Positions 1 through 14,089 of a DNA stretch of 64,000 nucleotides are shown here, piece after piece (positions within the stretch are counted from its first letter, which is position 1; every line of letters starts with the position of its first letter). Under the pieces are notes generated by a model, which saw nothing but the letters and a program-made list of their open reading frames with translations, made no database searches and was not told the DNA's origin. The position numbers and the translations under genes were made by a program. This stretch comes from the human T2T-CHM13v2.0 reference genome, Homo sapiens: assembly GCF_009914755.1 (NCBI RefSeq), contig NC_060928.1, one strand, 5' to 3'.

Positions 1-1839
1 GGACTTTAAGAACAGGCTATTTAACCTACAGTGATGTTCATGCCTTATCCCTCCAGTTTGTCAGTAGCACTATGCTAATAAAACTTGCCTTTGGGATTTT
101 AATTTTTCAAGTTATACTTTCCAGCTATATATCTCAAAGCCAGAGAAGTGTTTTTTTTGTTTGTTTTATGTGGAGAAAAAAGGAGGGTGGTGGAAGGAAG
201 GAAAGACACAAAATATGGAAGGAAATGTGGATATTTAATGTTTCTATAGAGCAGTGATAAGTTTGCTTAGGGTGAGAAAATGTATTTTCAAATGGCTATG
301 AATCACAAACTAAGTAGAATATGAGAAATAATTTTATTTATTTAAATGAACTACTGTCACCTGAAAGACTCCTGTGCTGAGAGCAATATTTGAAGAGTAA
401 TAGATAAAGACACTTTTATTTGAAAAATATAATAGTGATTTTTAATTTATTACAAAAATGTTTTATGCTTTAGCATACTCTTTCTGTTTAGAATTTAGGA
501 CTATTTCACTTGATCAGCACTTTGTTAATCTGTACATAGTAACTGTTTACCTGCATTTAAATTTAAAGCACAAAAGCAAGCTCCATTTAGAATATGAAGT
601 GTATAAGTGAGATATGGCATATTTGGCCTTCAGTTTGATGAGGGAAGGTTTCTTTCAGGTATCCCTGATGCATATGCTTTCGTAGCTCCTGCCTCAGTTT
701 CTCTGTTATGAAAACAGATGTTGACTTCCATCGAGTAGGAATGTAAGACATGATGCAGGTTTTTATGAATATTAGGGTAAACAGAGCTACAATACCAGCT
801 TTACAGATGACCAAATGAAATACATTCAACCTAAAAATTATACTGGAAGATTATCTACAGTAACACCTCTAAGATAGTACAGGTTTGGTTTCAGACCGCT
901 ATAGTAAGGCAAATATCTCAAAGCAAGTCACACAATTTTTTTTTCCTAGTGCATGTAAAAATTATGTTCACACTATACTGTGTGCAGTAACACTGCTTCT
1001 TAAAAAAAGTATATACCTAAACAAGTAAATATTTTATTGCTAAAAAACAGTAGTGATCATCTGAGCCTTCAGTAAGTCATCAGCTTTTTGTTGGCATAGG
1101 GTCTTACATCCCTGCTGATGACTGCGGACTTATTCAAGGGCAGTGGTTGCTGAAGGCTGGGATGACTGTGGCGATTTCTTAATTAAAAGAAGACAACAGT
1201 GAAGTCTGCCACGTTGATTGACTCTTCCTTTCATGGAAGATTTCCTTGTAGCAATGTGATGCTGTTTGATAGCATTTTACCCAGAGTAGAACTTCTTTCA
1301 AAACTGCAGTCAGTCCTCCCAGACCCTGCCGCTGGCTTATCGACTGAGTTTATGTAATATTCTGAATCCTTTGTTGTCATCTCAACAGTGCTCACAACAG
1401 CTTCACCAGTAGATTCTATTGCAAGATACCACTTTCTTTTCCCATCCATAAGAAGCAACTTCTCATCTGTTAATGTTTTACCACGAGATTGCAGCAATCC
1501 AGTCCCATATTCAGGCTCCACTTCTAACTCTAGTCTTTCTAGTTCTGTTTCTGTTTCCACCATATCTGCAGTGACTTCCTCCACTGAAGTCTTGAACCCT
1601 CAAAGTCATCCATGAGGGTTGGAATCAGTTTCTTCCAAACTCCTGTTAATCTTGATATTTTTACCTCCTCCATGAATCACAGATGTCCTTAATGGCATGT
1701 AGAATGGTGAATCCTTTCCAAAAGATTTTCAGTTTACTTTGTCCAGATCTATTAGAGGAATCATTACCTATGACAGCTATGTCTTGCAAAATGTATTTCT
1801 TAAATAAAGGAATACATTTTCTGCTTAGAAGACAAAATG

Positions 1840-2443
<604 letters not shown>

Positions 2444-4218
2444 GTCAAAATGGCTCCTTGATCCATGGGCTGCAGAATGGATGTTAGCAGGTATGAAAGC
2501 AACATTAATCACCGTGTACATCTCCATCAGAGCTCTTAGGTAACCAGGTACATTGTCCATGAGCAGTAATATTTTGCAAATAATCATGTTTTTCTGAGCA
2601 GTACGTCTCTACAGTGGTCTTAAAATATTTAGTAAACCACACTGTAAATATGCCATAATCCAGGCTTTATTGTTCCATTTGTAGAGCACAAGCAGAGTAG
2701 ATTTAGCATAATTCTTAAGGGCCCTATGACTTTTGGAATGGAAAATGAGCATTGGCTTCCAACATAAAGTCACCAGCTACATTAACCCCTAACAAGAGAG
2801 TCAGCCTGTCCTTTGAAGCTTTGAAGCTGGGCATTGCCTTCTCTCTGGCTGTGAACGTCCTAGATGGCATCTTCTTCCAATAAAAGGCTGTTTTATCAAC
2901 ATTGAAAATCAGTTGTTCTTATAACCACCTTAATCAATTATCTTAGCTAGATCTTTTGGATAACTTGCTACAGCTTCTATATCAGCACTTGCTGCTTCTC
3001 TGTGCACTTTCATGTTAGGGGGATGGTTTCGTTCCTTAAGCCTCATGAACCAACCTCTGCAAACTTTTCTTCTGCAGTTTCCTCACCTCTGTCAGCATTC
3101 ACAGAATTGAAGAGAGTTCAGATTTTGCTCTGGATTAGTTTGGCTTAAGGGAATGTTGTGGCTGGTTTGATCTTCTATCCAGACCACTCAGACCTTGTCC
3201 ATATCAGCATTAGGCTGTTTTGCTTTCTTATCATTCCTGTGTTCACTAGAGTAGCACTTTTAATTTACTTCAAGAACTTTTCCTTTGCATTCACAACTTG
3301 GCTGTATGGCACAAGAGGCCTAGCTTTTGATGATTGCCAGAATAGTAAGACAGAATTTAAAATGGTTCCATGGTTGATCAGATGGGAGATTGGTGGGAGT
3401 AGGGAACACAAAAGGCATGGGAAAAGAAGATAGGTTGTATTTTGGTCATAATGACACCAACATGCCTAAAGGATAGCCCTGTGAAAAAAGCTAGCAGACA
3501 GTTGAACTGCGGCTGTGAAACAGTAAGCCGTGAGGGCTAGACTCATCGTTGTAGAGTCATTCGTAAAGAGTAAATACTTGGAGCTATTGTAGTAGATGGT
3601 ATCACCAGGGAATGGTGAGGGAGCTGCAAATGCGGCTGAACTCTGAGATAACCTGTGACAGGGATGTGGTGTAGCTGAATGGTGAAGAATATGGACTCTG
3701 GACTCAGACCATATTCTTGGTCTGAGATTCAAACCCAACTCGACCACAAGGTCTGTGTGACCTAGGATGAGTTAATTAAATGTGTTCTAGTGATCTCATC
3801 TGTAAAATGGACGTAATGGTGCCAACCTGAGAGAGTTGACAAGTTGATGCACATACTTAACCTAGTGCTTGACATATAGTCAGTAGTCAATAAATGTTAT
3901 ATTTAAGAGGGATACAGAGAAAACAGTGGTTTATGATTATAGTTAGAACTTTATTTGGAGCTTTTAATTTTGTGTAGATCTCACACGTTTAAATTTATGA
4001 GAATCCAGATATAATTGGAATTTCAGAATCAGCATTACATTCTACAGTTTATAAAATGCTGGGCTTACCTCATTTGTGCTTAAGAATCCCAGCCAATGCT
4101 TTGTTCAAATTTCCATCCAAACTTATTTATTAAAAAATGTTTTGTCCTCCTAGTAAAAACAGTGGTATATAAGTAGTTTGTTTTTTTAATATTAAAGTGA
4201 TCGTTAAATAGCCGTGTC

Positions 4219-4564
<346 letters not shown>

Positions 4565-6087
4565 TCACTTGGCATTGTAAGACAAAAAGCTTTTATTATT
4601 ACTAAGTCTTTTACACATAATTTTATTAGTGAAATTCAAGTAAAAAGAATACTGATCAAATATATTTGAAAACATTTTAAAATAGAACTGTGGTTTATGT
4701 TTTTCAAAGCCTAAAATATGTACAGTTAAAGTTATGAATGAGTGATAATCTTAACAGTAAAAAACCAAATTACTTGTAATTTTACTACATTATTAAAAGC
4801 TTTGTGCTTTTATTGTTTTGTTGGTAGGAACCAATTTAATTTAGTTGTCAGAATTCAATGGTGTGGGTTTTCTTATTGTCTGTAAGGTAATATAATGCTT
4901 TTCTGTGTATTGCAATTTAGCTAACAAGTCTTCAATTACAACACAATTGAAGGATATACTACATTTTGGGTTGTGATTGGAGGTGAGCTTTGATAATACC
5001 AAAATGTTTTTTGTTTTGGAGAAAATATTATGGATATAAAAACTACCCTAATCAAGGAATAAGGCATATCTGCCAAGTCAGTTTGAAGACATCATTTGTG
5101 GATTGATAATATCTCAAGTCTAGGCCCTGTTATTTTGTTGGGCTAGGTCAGATCCAAACAGCAAGAGTAGGGAAATAAACCACCTGCCCACAGGTTCAGA
5201 TGACAGTGATTCTTCAGTTTCTCTGTAGTTTTCCACATTTCCTAGAACTTCATTATTCCTTCCTCATAGTCTGTACCTAAGTCTCTAAAAATACTCTGGC
5301 TATCTCAGGTCTTGTTTATTGAGTAAATACTTTGCTGTCAGATGACATCAGACCATCTTCTTTTAACTTGCCGATTTTGTCTCTGATGGAGATAGTATGG
5401 GCTTGCTAAAACCTTTAAAGTTATCCTCTTAATTACATCTTTATTTGTGACTTCCTCTGCTTATTTGAAGCATATTCATAAGTCTAGTTTCGAGACTAGA
5501 ATCTTTCTACATTTTACCAAATGTAACTTATCTGTAGCGATAAACATTTCATTCCCAATAATGGGAGGTGCCTTTAAAAAAATTAAATCTCGATCTCTTT
5601 TGATGGCTAGAAGTAGACTCCATGTACTTTATTCAAACTGCTTTTCTAATCAGGCCACTCATTAAATTGCTGTTGCTGCCCAAAAGAAACCTCCAATTTC
5701 AACTCATTATTATCCCATCCTAAATCTTTTGTGGCTCAGTGTAACTCTTTCCCAGTTCTCCATACTTTTGTTGCATAAAGAATGGGGTTTGCCAAATTTT
5801 TTTCATTAAGGTCTTCTATTATTGAATCAAAATGCCACTAACATCTAACAAATTAACTGACAGTTTCCACTGATGGAAGAGAAAGATCTTTCCTTATCAT
5901 TAGGAAACTTTTTTTTGTGAACCTTCTTTATAGTTGGTATGTAAGTCAAATATATGAGTCAATCAATACATGAATTAAACTTTAAGCCTCTTGCCTGGAC
6001 TTTTTATTCTTTATTGTACTGTGAGATCATGGAATCATTCATAACTATTGCTTTGTAAATACTAAATAAATTTTTTAAATTATGTTA

Positions 6088-6406
<319 letters not shown>

Positions 6407-6417
6407 TGAATAAATGA

Positions 6418-6780
<363 letters not shown>

Positions 6781-7683
6781 TCTTTTGTTTTTTAAAAGAT
6801 ACCTAGCTCATTATCAGTAGGCCCTGAATAGTTTAAATGCTTAAGATTCCAAATTGAAAATTTTTAAGTCAAACTCTAAAAATTTTTACGTAGAAATTCC
6901 TTGTCTTAGCCCCATTTTTACCTAGCTACAGTTAATTTTTTTGGGAAAAAAATTAGGATGTGAGAGATTGTATTTCTGTTTTATCATAATAGCATTATTC
7001 ACTGTATAAGATACAATCATCCAGTAATGAAACATTTCAAGGATCCATATATGGAAGTCAGTATTGCTTGTTTATATTCACACCTGCATATGTTGATTTC
7101 ATTATACAATATTTTACCTCATTTTGAAAGTCATGGTTTAAGATACAGAACTCATGTGAATCACATTTCTAGGAAACCTTAAGTGAATTTCTTAAGATCT
7201 GCTTGAGCTGTTTACAGTGGTAACACATCTGTATGAAAGGCATGTCAAGAAGAACAGAGATGTGGCTTCACAACAAGCCAAAGGCTGTATTAAAATTATG
7301 TGCTGTCTAATAAAAAAGAAAGAAGATATCTAGTTAAGTGGCAGAATAGCATAAATGTGGTTATGTTCATTGCTTTTAACAGCTGAGAAAAATAATCTTG
7401 AATAATGGGCCAAAACCAGGAAAAGGCTTCAGGGGAAAATGTAGTTACAAGTACTTACAAGGCATGTACATTTTTTAAAATTATAGCCTTATCACATTCA
7501 AGCCACATCTGGGTACTTTTTTATATACTAATAAAAATACTGTATTTTTATTTGTAGGCAGTGTAGTAATAAGAATACTGTCTTTTATTTGGAGATAGCA
7601 TTTCCAAGTATGTATTTGACCTTGCTAAGCATTCATGCTTCGTAGCCAATGATACTGAGCATTCCATCTGGAGTGCCTCTAGA

Positions 7684-7748
7684 TAGGGGATTCACAATTG
7701 GTCTTTACTGGTTAGGGGGGATTCACAATTGGTCTTTACTGGTTAGGG
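7684..7748. repeat. Tandem duplication of about 30 bp
   Basis: tagggg(gg)attcacaattggtctttactggt occurs twice, followed by a partial taggg. Confidence 0.9.
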
Positions 7749-8509
7749 AACATCCAGAACTTTTTGCTCATGCACAAAGTAAAAACCTTATATGTCCTGT
7801 TATATAAGTCCAGTTGGTGCCTGCATTCGTGTACTTTTTAACTTGACTTCTTACTCCCTCTGTGTGCTAGTATAGGGTCTCTTACAAGTGTACTTTTTCC
7901 TACATTGTATAAGCAATGAGAATTTTAAATGAAGTGAAGTTAATTTGCTAATATCTTGGGGTTTTTTTTTTTTTTTTCTTCCCATGCCTTGTAAACCTTA
8001 AACCACTATACTTGTTCTATTTGAGGTGCAGGGGAGAGCATGAGTGAGTAATCACTTAGAAGGACAAATACAAGCTAAACCAAATACTTAAACGAAATTT
8101 GTTTTTACCTATGGAAATAAAAAAATTTTTTAGCCACATGCTTATGGATTTTTACTTTATACCTGCCTTTGCAATTTTGGGGCCTGATACAAGATCCTTG
8201 ACTCTTTAAAAATAATGTGGCTCTTCATTATTTGGCTGACTGGCTTTTATACCATTAGAAGGAATTGGGAAGGAGAGGGGTCGCTAATCTCTTCTGCGTT
8301 CTTTTTCCTGAATCTCATTACCGTGACCTCTGTTCAGATTAAAAGTCTCCCTGGTGCATCCTATTATAAATCATACTTTTTTATGAATCGCTGACCATAT
8401 TTGTCACCATTGGGGAGGCAAATAAACCTAAAACACAGAGCCTGTGTTCCAAACGAGTTCATAATTTATACAAGGATTAAAAGCTAATTCATATCATTCT
8501 TACACCTTT

Positions 8510-8595
8510 GCATCCTCACAGCTTAGCTCCCACTTACAAGTGAGAACGTGTGGTGTTTGACTTTCCATTCCTGAATTACTTCACTTAGAATAATT
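8510..8595 (-). mobile_element. Short L1 3'-end fragment
   Basis: ctcccacttacaagtgagaacgtgtggtgtttg...ttcacttagaataa resembles an antisense L1 3'UTR. Confidence 0.7.
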
Positions 8596-9062
8596 GACAT
8601 TAGACTTTTTTTCCTTATATTTTCTTTTTCCAGTTTTCCTGAGTACCTTTCATTTGATATCCCCTCTTTCCTCTTACAAAACTTTTTTTGCTTACTAAAC
8701 TCTTCTAGATAGTGTGGAAACCATGAGCTTTTCTGGAATGACCCTTAAACGTCTCTCCTTAAACTCATTTTACATTTTAACACTTCTGGTCATTTACAAA
8801 CTACACTAAATTATTTCTTGAAAGCTGAGTCATTACAGTTATGATCTCTTAGCCAATGTTAAATGTTTGACTTGCGGTCATAAACTTTGGTTTTAGGATT
8901 CTAAAGCTAGTATACTTCATTAATAGCCCACCACCGTTGCTTTTTTCCAGTAATATCAAAGGAAACTTAATTCCAGAGGTTCATGTGTGTATCCTCTGGA
9001 AAGTTTTACATGTAAAAACGTTTGAAAATGAATTGTGCTATTAAAAAATAGGGCAAATTTTT

Positions 9063-9365
<303 letters not shown>

Positions 9366-10279
9366 TTAAATAGCTAATTTAAAGCAATGTTTTGTTGGCA
9401 GTTTAAATCAATGAAGTCTGATAGTTTGTTTCTACTATAGTTGTAATAATATATAATCTTGCAAAGATTGTATATTTAATTGGGTATACACATCACTAGA
9501 ACTCTAATTTTTAATATATCCTTTAATCTTCCAATATACCCAAATGTACAATTATTTTTTCCAGTATACAACCCTTCAGTGAAAAAAAAGTGTTATGACT
9601 GAGATAATTTACATAGGAAAATTATAAACTTTATGACTTAAAGTACATTTCTCATGTTATCTCACCGTTTTTTCTTAAATAATGCATACTTATTTCTACA
9701 GAATTGTTGAAATTGAGTCAGTGGTACTGACACTTGGGAAAACATAAAGACTAGGACTAGTGTCAGAGAACTGAACCCTTAGCTTCTGTTTTGTTCCTTC
9801 AGCGCTATTTTCTTATCCATATTTTGTAATAAAATGGAATTAAATGTGAAAATATCTATTAGGTTTTCAAATCAACAATATATGTTGTATATACGTTAAG
9901 AATTGCTCATTTTAATACATATTTTACTATATCACATGTGGAGATTGCTGTTGTCCATGTTTTTTCTAATTAATTTATACTGTTTTCCAGAAATATTAGA
10001 AACTTCATTGTACAGATCGTCTGCATAAAAAATCCTTAATGAAAAATAGAGTTTTGGATACAATGATGCTTATCTGTATTTTATCTCATTAAGCTTGGTT
10101 ATTCTGTTTCTTATTCTAGCTCATTTATTTTGGGGAATTGCAAGGATTTGCTATATTATCTAAGGGAACACTTTAAACACATTTTCAAAAGAATCACATC
10201 AACAGTTAATATGTTTTAAAAAATTATATATGGAGCAATCATGTGAGATGTAGCATGACATAGTGAAAAGATCTAGTTA

Positions 10280-11100
10280 TGGCACAACTATGTGTGACCT
10301 TGGCCAAAAAAATGGTCGCATGTCCAGCCGCCCCGTCCGGGAGGGAGGTGGGGGGGTCAGCCCCCCGCCTGGCCAGCCGCCCCGTCCGGGAGGTGAGGGG
10401 CGCCTCTGCCCGGCCGCCCCTACTGGGAAGTGAGGAGCCCCTCTGCCCGGCCACCACCCTGTCTGGGAGGTGTGCCCAACAGCTCATTGAGAACGGGCCA
10501 GGAAGACAATCGCGGCTTTGTGGAATAGAAAGGGGGGAAAGGTGGGGAAAAGATTGAGAAATCGGATGGTTGCCGTGTCTGTGTAGAAAGAAGTAGACAT
10601 GGGAGACTTTTCATTTTGTTCTGTACTAAGAAAAATTCTTCTGCCTTGGGATCCTGTTGATCTGTGACCTTACCCCCAACCCCGTGCTCTCTGAAACATG
10701 TGCTGTGTCCACTCAGGGTTAAATGGATTAAGGGCGGTGCAAGATGTGCTTTGTTAAACAGATGCTTGAAGGCAGCATGCTCGTTAAGAGTCGTCACCAC
10801 ACCCTAATCTCAAGTACCCAGGGACACAAACACTGCGGAAGGCCGCAGGGTCCTCTGCCTAGGAAAACCAGAGACCTTTGTTCACTTGTTTATCTGCTGA
10901 CCTTCCCTCCACTATTGTCCTATGACCCTGCCAAATCCCCCTCTGTGAGAAACACCCAAGAATGATCAATAAAAAATAAATAAATAAATAAATAAAAAAT
11001 GGTCGCATGTCTTCTCCTGTGCCTCATTTTCCTCATCTGTAGAACAAGATGATTAATACTTCTCTTACAGAGTGGTTGTGGGAATTAAATGAGTTGAGGA
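10280..11100 (+). mobile_element. MIR split by the SVA insertion
   Basis: tgtgtgaccttggcca before the SVA, and ctgtgcctcattttcctcatctgt...gttgtgggaattaaatgag after it. Confidence 0.7.
10325..10993 (+). mobile_element. 5'-truncated SVA retrotransposon (end of VNTR, SINE-R, polyA tail)
   Basis: GC-rich VNTR units ccgccccgtccgggagg; SINE-R ending gaaacacccaagaatgatcAATAAA; (TAAA)n tail; 18-bp TSD aaaaaatggtcgcatgtc at 10307-10324 and 10994-11011. Confidence 0.96.
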
Positions 11101-11159
11101 CTATGAAGCTGCTTTATAATGTACTCATCATATTATAATGGTGCCTTCTGTGTATTCTA

Positions 11160-11262
11160 AGCTTCATGGGGACAAGGACCCTGTCTGCTTCTTCATTGCT
11201 GTAGTCTTTAGGACTTAGCCCAGTGCCTGGCACATCATAAGCAATCAGTAAATATTTGTTGG
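11160..11262 (+). mobile_element. L2 3'-end fragment
   Basis: cagtgcctggcacat...cagtaaatatttgttg. Confidence 0.7.
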
Positions 11263-11468
11263 TGTTTTTCCTGCCTCTTTGTGTTGATAAATAAATGAGG
11301 AATTAACTGACGTTTCTTACAAAGTTTATATATTGACCATAAATTGGTTCTGTTGGTCCATAAACTTCAAATTAGTTCCCTTTTTAAATCTAAATTTTTA
11401 TGTAATTACTAATGTGCTTGAAAGTCTTTCAAACTCACATTTTGCATAAGTTAAAAAATGTTACTTTA

Positions 11469-11572
11469 AGCCAGGCATGTGTCTGTAATCTTAGCTATTT
11501 GGGAGGCTGAGGTCGGAGGACTGCTTGAACTCAGGAGTTCGAGACCAGCCTGGGCAATATAACCAGACCTCC
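11469..11572 (+). mobile_element. Alu monomer fragment (FLAM-like)
   Basis: Single-arm Alu motif ending gagaccagcctgggcaatata. Confidence 0.75.
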
Positions 11573-12116
11573 TAGGCTCTTTTTTTTTTTTCTTTTTAAG
11601 TTACTTTGTATTTCCTTTGGATTTTGAAGTTGCAGAAACTTTCATATATACTTTTAATAATATTCTGTCATTCCAAAACCTTCCCTGTGGAAATAGCCAC
11701 ATTGAGTTTATGGGCAGTGGATGCAGCTTGGAAAACGTTAATGTCTTATTGAAATGAAATGTTTCTCAAAAAACAAGAATATCAGTGGTAGGTTTTGTAA
11801 GTTTCTCCCTCTTAAAAAAAAAACTCTAAAAGAAAAATCTCTATTTTCACCTTTGATTATCACAGGTAACAGTTATTTAGTTCTTCAGTCCATGTAGGTA
11901 AAAATGCAAATGGCTTTATGGAAATGAGTACTAAAGCTTGGATCCAGTCCTGCCTTAGCTACATCTAAAGGTGTGATCATGAGCAAGCCATTCAGGTTCT
12001 CTGAGATTGTGATAAACTCAGATAAATCCTACCTCAAAAGAACTTTGTGGGCCTCAAGTGACATAACATGTACTAGAAAGTGCTGTGCATAGTGTAAAGT
12101 GCTCTACGAAAGAGTG

Positions 12117-12567
12117 CAGGGTTCTTAATTTCTTGGTACTGTAGACCCCTTTGGCCATTTTGTGAAGCTTGTAGGGCCCTTCTCAGGTGTAAACAAAAGA
12201 ATTACAAAGAAATCCAATTATATTGAAATTCAGTTATCAAAATATTTGAAAGTAAGAGTAATTTATGGTTCTTTATTAACATTAAATAAAATGTTATTAT
12301 TGTGTGTTTAATGACTTCAGTAGTTTTGAAGCAGTGATGACCATAAATGATGTTTAAATATACCCGTAGCAACTGTAATGTGATCTCTGTTGATGACAAA
12401 AATCACCAGTATTGCTAATACCACTGTGGTTTGTGCCTGTATTTATAATTGAAAGAAATGCTAAGCGTCACTTAGAGGTTAGTGAATACATTGTAATTGT
12501 TTTTTCTCATTTAAGTTCATGAACTCCTTGAATTCTATCCATTATTCCCCAAGTTTAAGAACCCCTG
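12117..12567. mobile_element. hAT-Charlie non-autonomous DNA transposon (Charlie4-like)
   Basis: Terminal inverted repeats cagggttcttaa and ttaagaacccctg; internal gacccctttggc...cccttctcag. Confidence 0.75.
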
Positions 12568-12861
12568 TGATGTATTAATGCTAGTCATTAACACAGTGTG
12601 TGTTAAGGGCATAGCTCTACTCAAGGGCATTTAAAGTATATTTGTCAAGGTGATATCTTGTAGGTTATTTGGAGTTTAGTTTCATTAATCTTAATTTTGG
12701 AATTAAGGTTTAAGACTGATTATCAAAATAGTTAATAGTTAATTTGGGGTACAAATATTTAATTAGATATACAACTTACATGACTGATTATCTCATAAAT
12801 GATTGTTTCTAGAGCTGTTTATTTAAAAGGGATTAAACTTCTTTTCTAAAATTATTACCAG

Positions 12862-13009
12862 GATCAGCCAAGATCTTGCTCTCATTGCTCGGGAGATCAA
12901 CGATGTAGCAGGAGAGATAGATTCAGTGACTTCATCAGGCACTGCCCCTAGTACCACAGTAAGCACTGCTGCCACCACCCCTGGCTCTGCCATAGACACT
13001 AGAGAAGAG
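12862..13009 (+). CDS. CEP170P1: CEP170-like exon: (R)[49 protein letters not shown]
   Basis: Acceptor ttaccag at 12855-12861 (phase 2); donor GAG|gtagga at 13010; alternative in-frame donors at 12959 and 13040. Confidence 0.9.
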
Positions 13010-13774
13010 GTAGGAGATCTTCATGGAGAAATGCATAAGGTTCTTTCTTTTCTTTATTTCTTTTGCTTTTAGCTTTTTGCTTAGTTTATTTTAGTTATGT
13101 CCACCCTCCCTGTTTGCATGAAGCTCTGCATTTTCCAACTTTGCTTTAACAGTTTATGTTTTTGTAACAAAACTAGTGAAGGCTAACATTTGGTCTACTA
13201 TTAACACGAAGCTGGAAAATTCTTTAGAAACAGCATTTTGCCTGCTAATTCTTGGTCCATAGCTTCACTTGAAACATGAATATAAATGGTATTTTGAAAA
13301 GCAACCCAAAATTTGATAAATGATGGTATAAAGTTTCTATAAAGTTTGACTATGAAAATGCTCCAATTAAAAGTATTTTTATCGCTAGTTAACTAGAAGA
13401 TACTCTGATAACAAAGAGAAAAATCCTACAGTTTCACTGCTTTAATAATTCTGTTGATAAATACAAACACATACACATAAAGATATTTTGAAAAATTGAA
13501 ATATATATGTAATATACACACATACAAATACATATTCAGAACATTTTTATAAAGTCTGGAATGCAAGTTACCATGTATAGACTATTACCCATCCAATATC
13601 AGGGCCTCTTACAGTATAACTCCAGGAAGCACCATTTGCATAACATTGCTCCAGACAGCGCCTTTAACATATAATACAAAATTAATGGTACTCTTTGGCC
13701 ATGTTGGCTGCTTTGATTTGGGGCAGAAATATAAGCAAAGGATTGGCATTTAAAAGAATGAACTTCTGTGTTTG

Positions 13775-14089
13775 GAGGTTGGCAAACTGGCCTTGCTGCC
13801 AGTTTTAATACAGACCAAAGAACTAGGAATGGTTTTTACATTTTTGAATGGCAGGAAAAAACATCTAAAGAATACTAATTCGCAACATGAAAATTACATG
13901 AAATTCAAATTTTGGTATTCATAAATAAAGTTTTATTAGAACACAGCCACACTTATTTGTTTAACTATCATCTATGGCTGTTACTTTGCTACAGGGGCAG
14001 AACTGAGTAGTTGAGACAGAGATTGTATGGCTGCAAAGCCTGAGGTTTTATTATCTGTCTCTTTATAAATAAAAGTTTGCCAGCCCCTG
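13775..14089. mobile_element. MER58B-like hAT-Charlie element
   Basis: Termini gaggttggcaaact and aagtttgccagcccctg; internal aataaagttttattagaacacagccac. Confidence 0.8.

Noticed and set aside
10239-10965. Four overlapping ORFs of 73-126 aa
   Set aside because: Chance frames in the SVA VNTR and SINE-R
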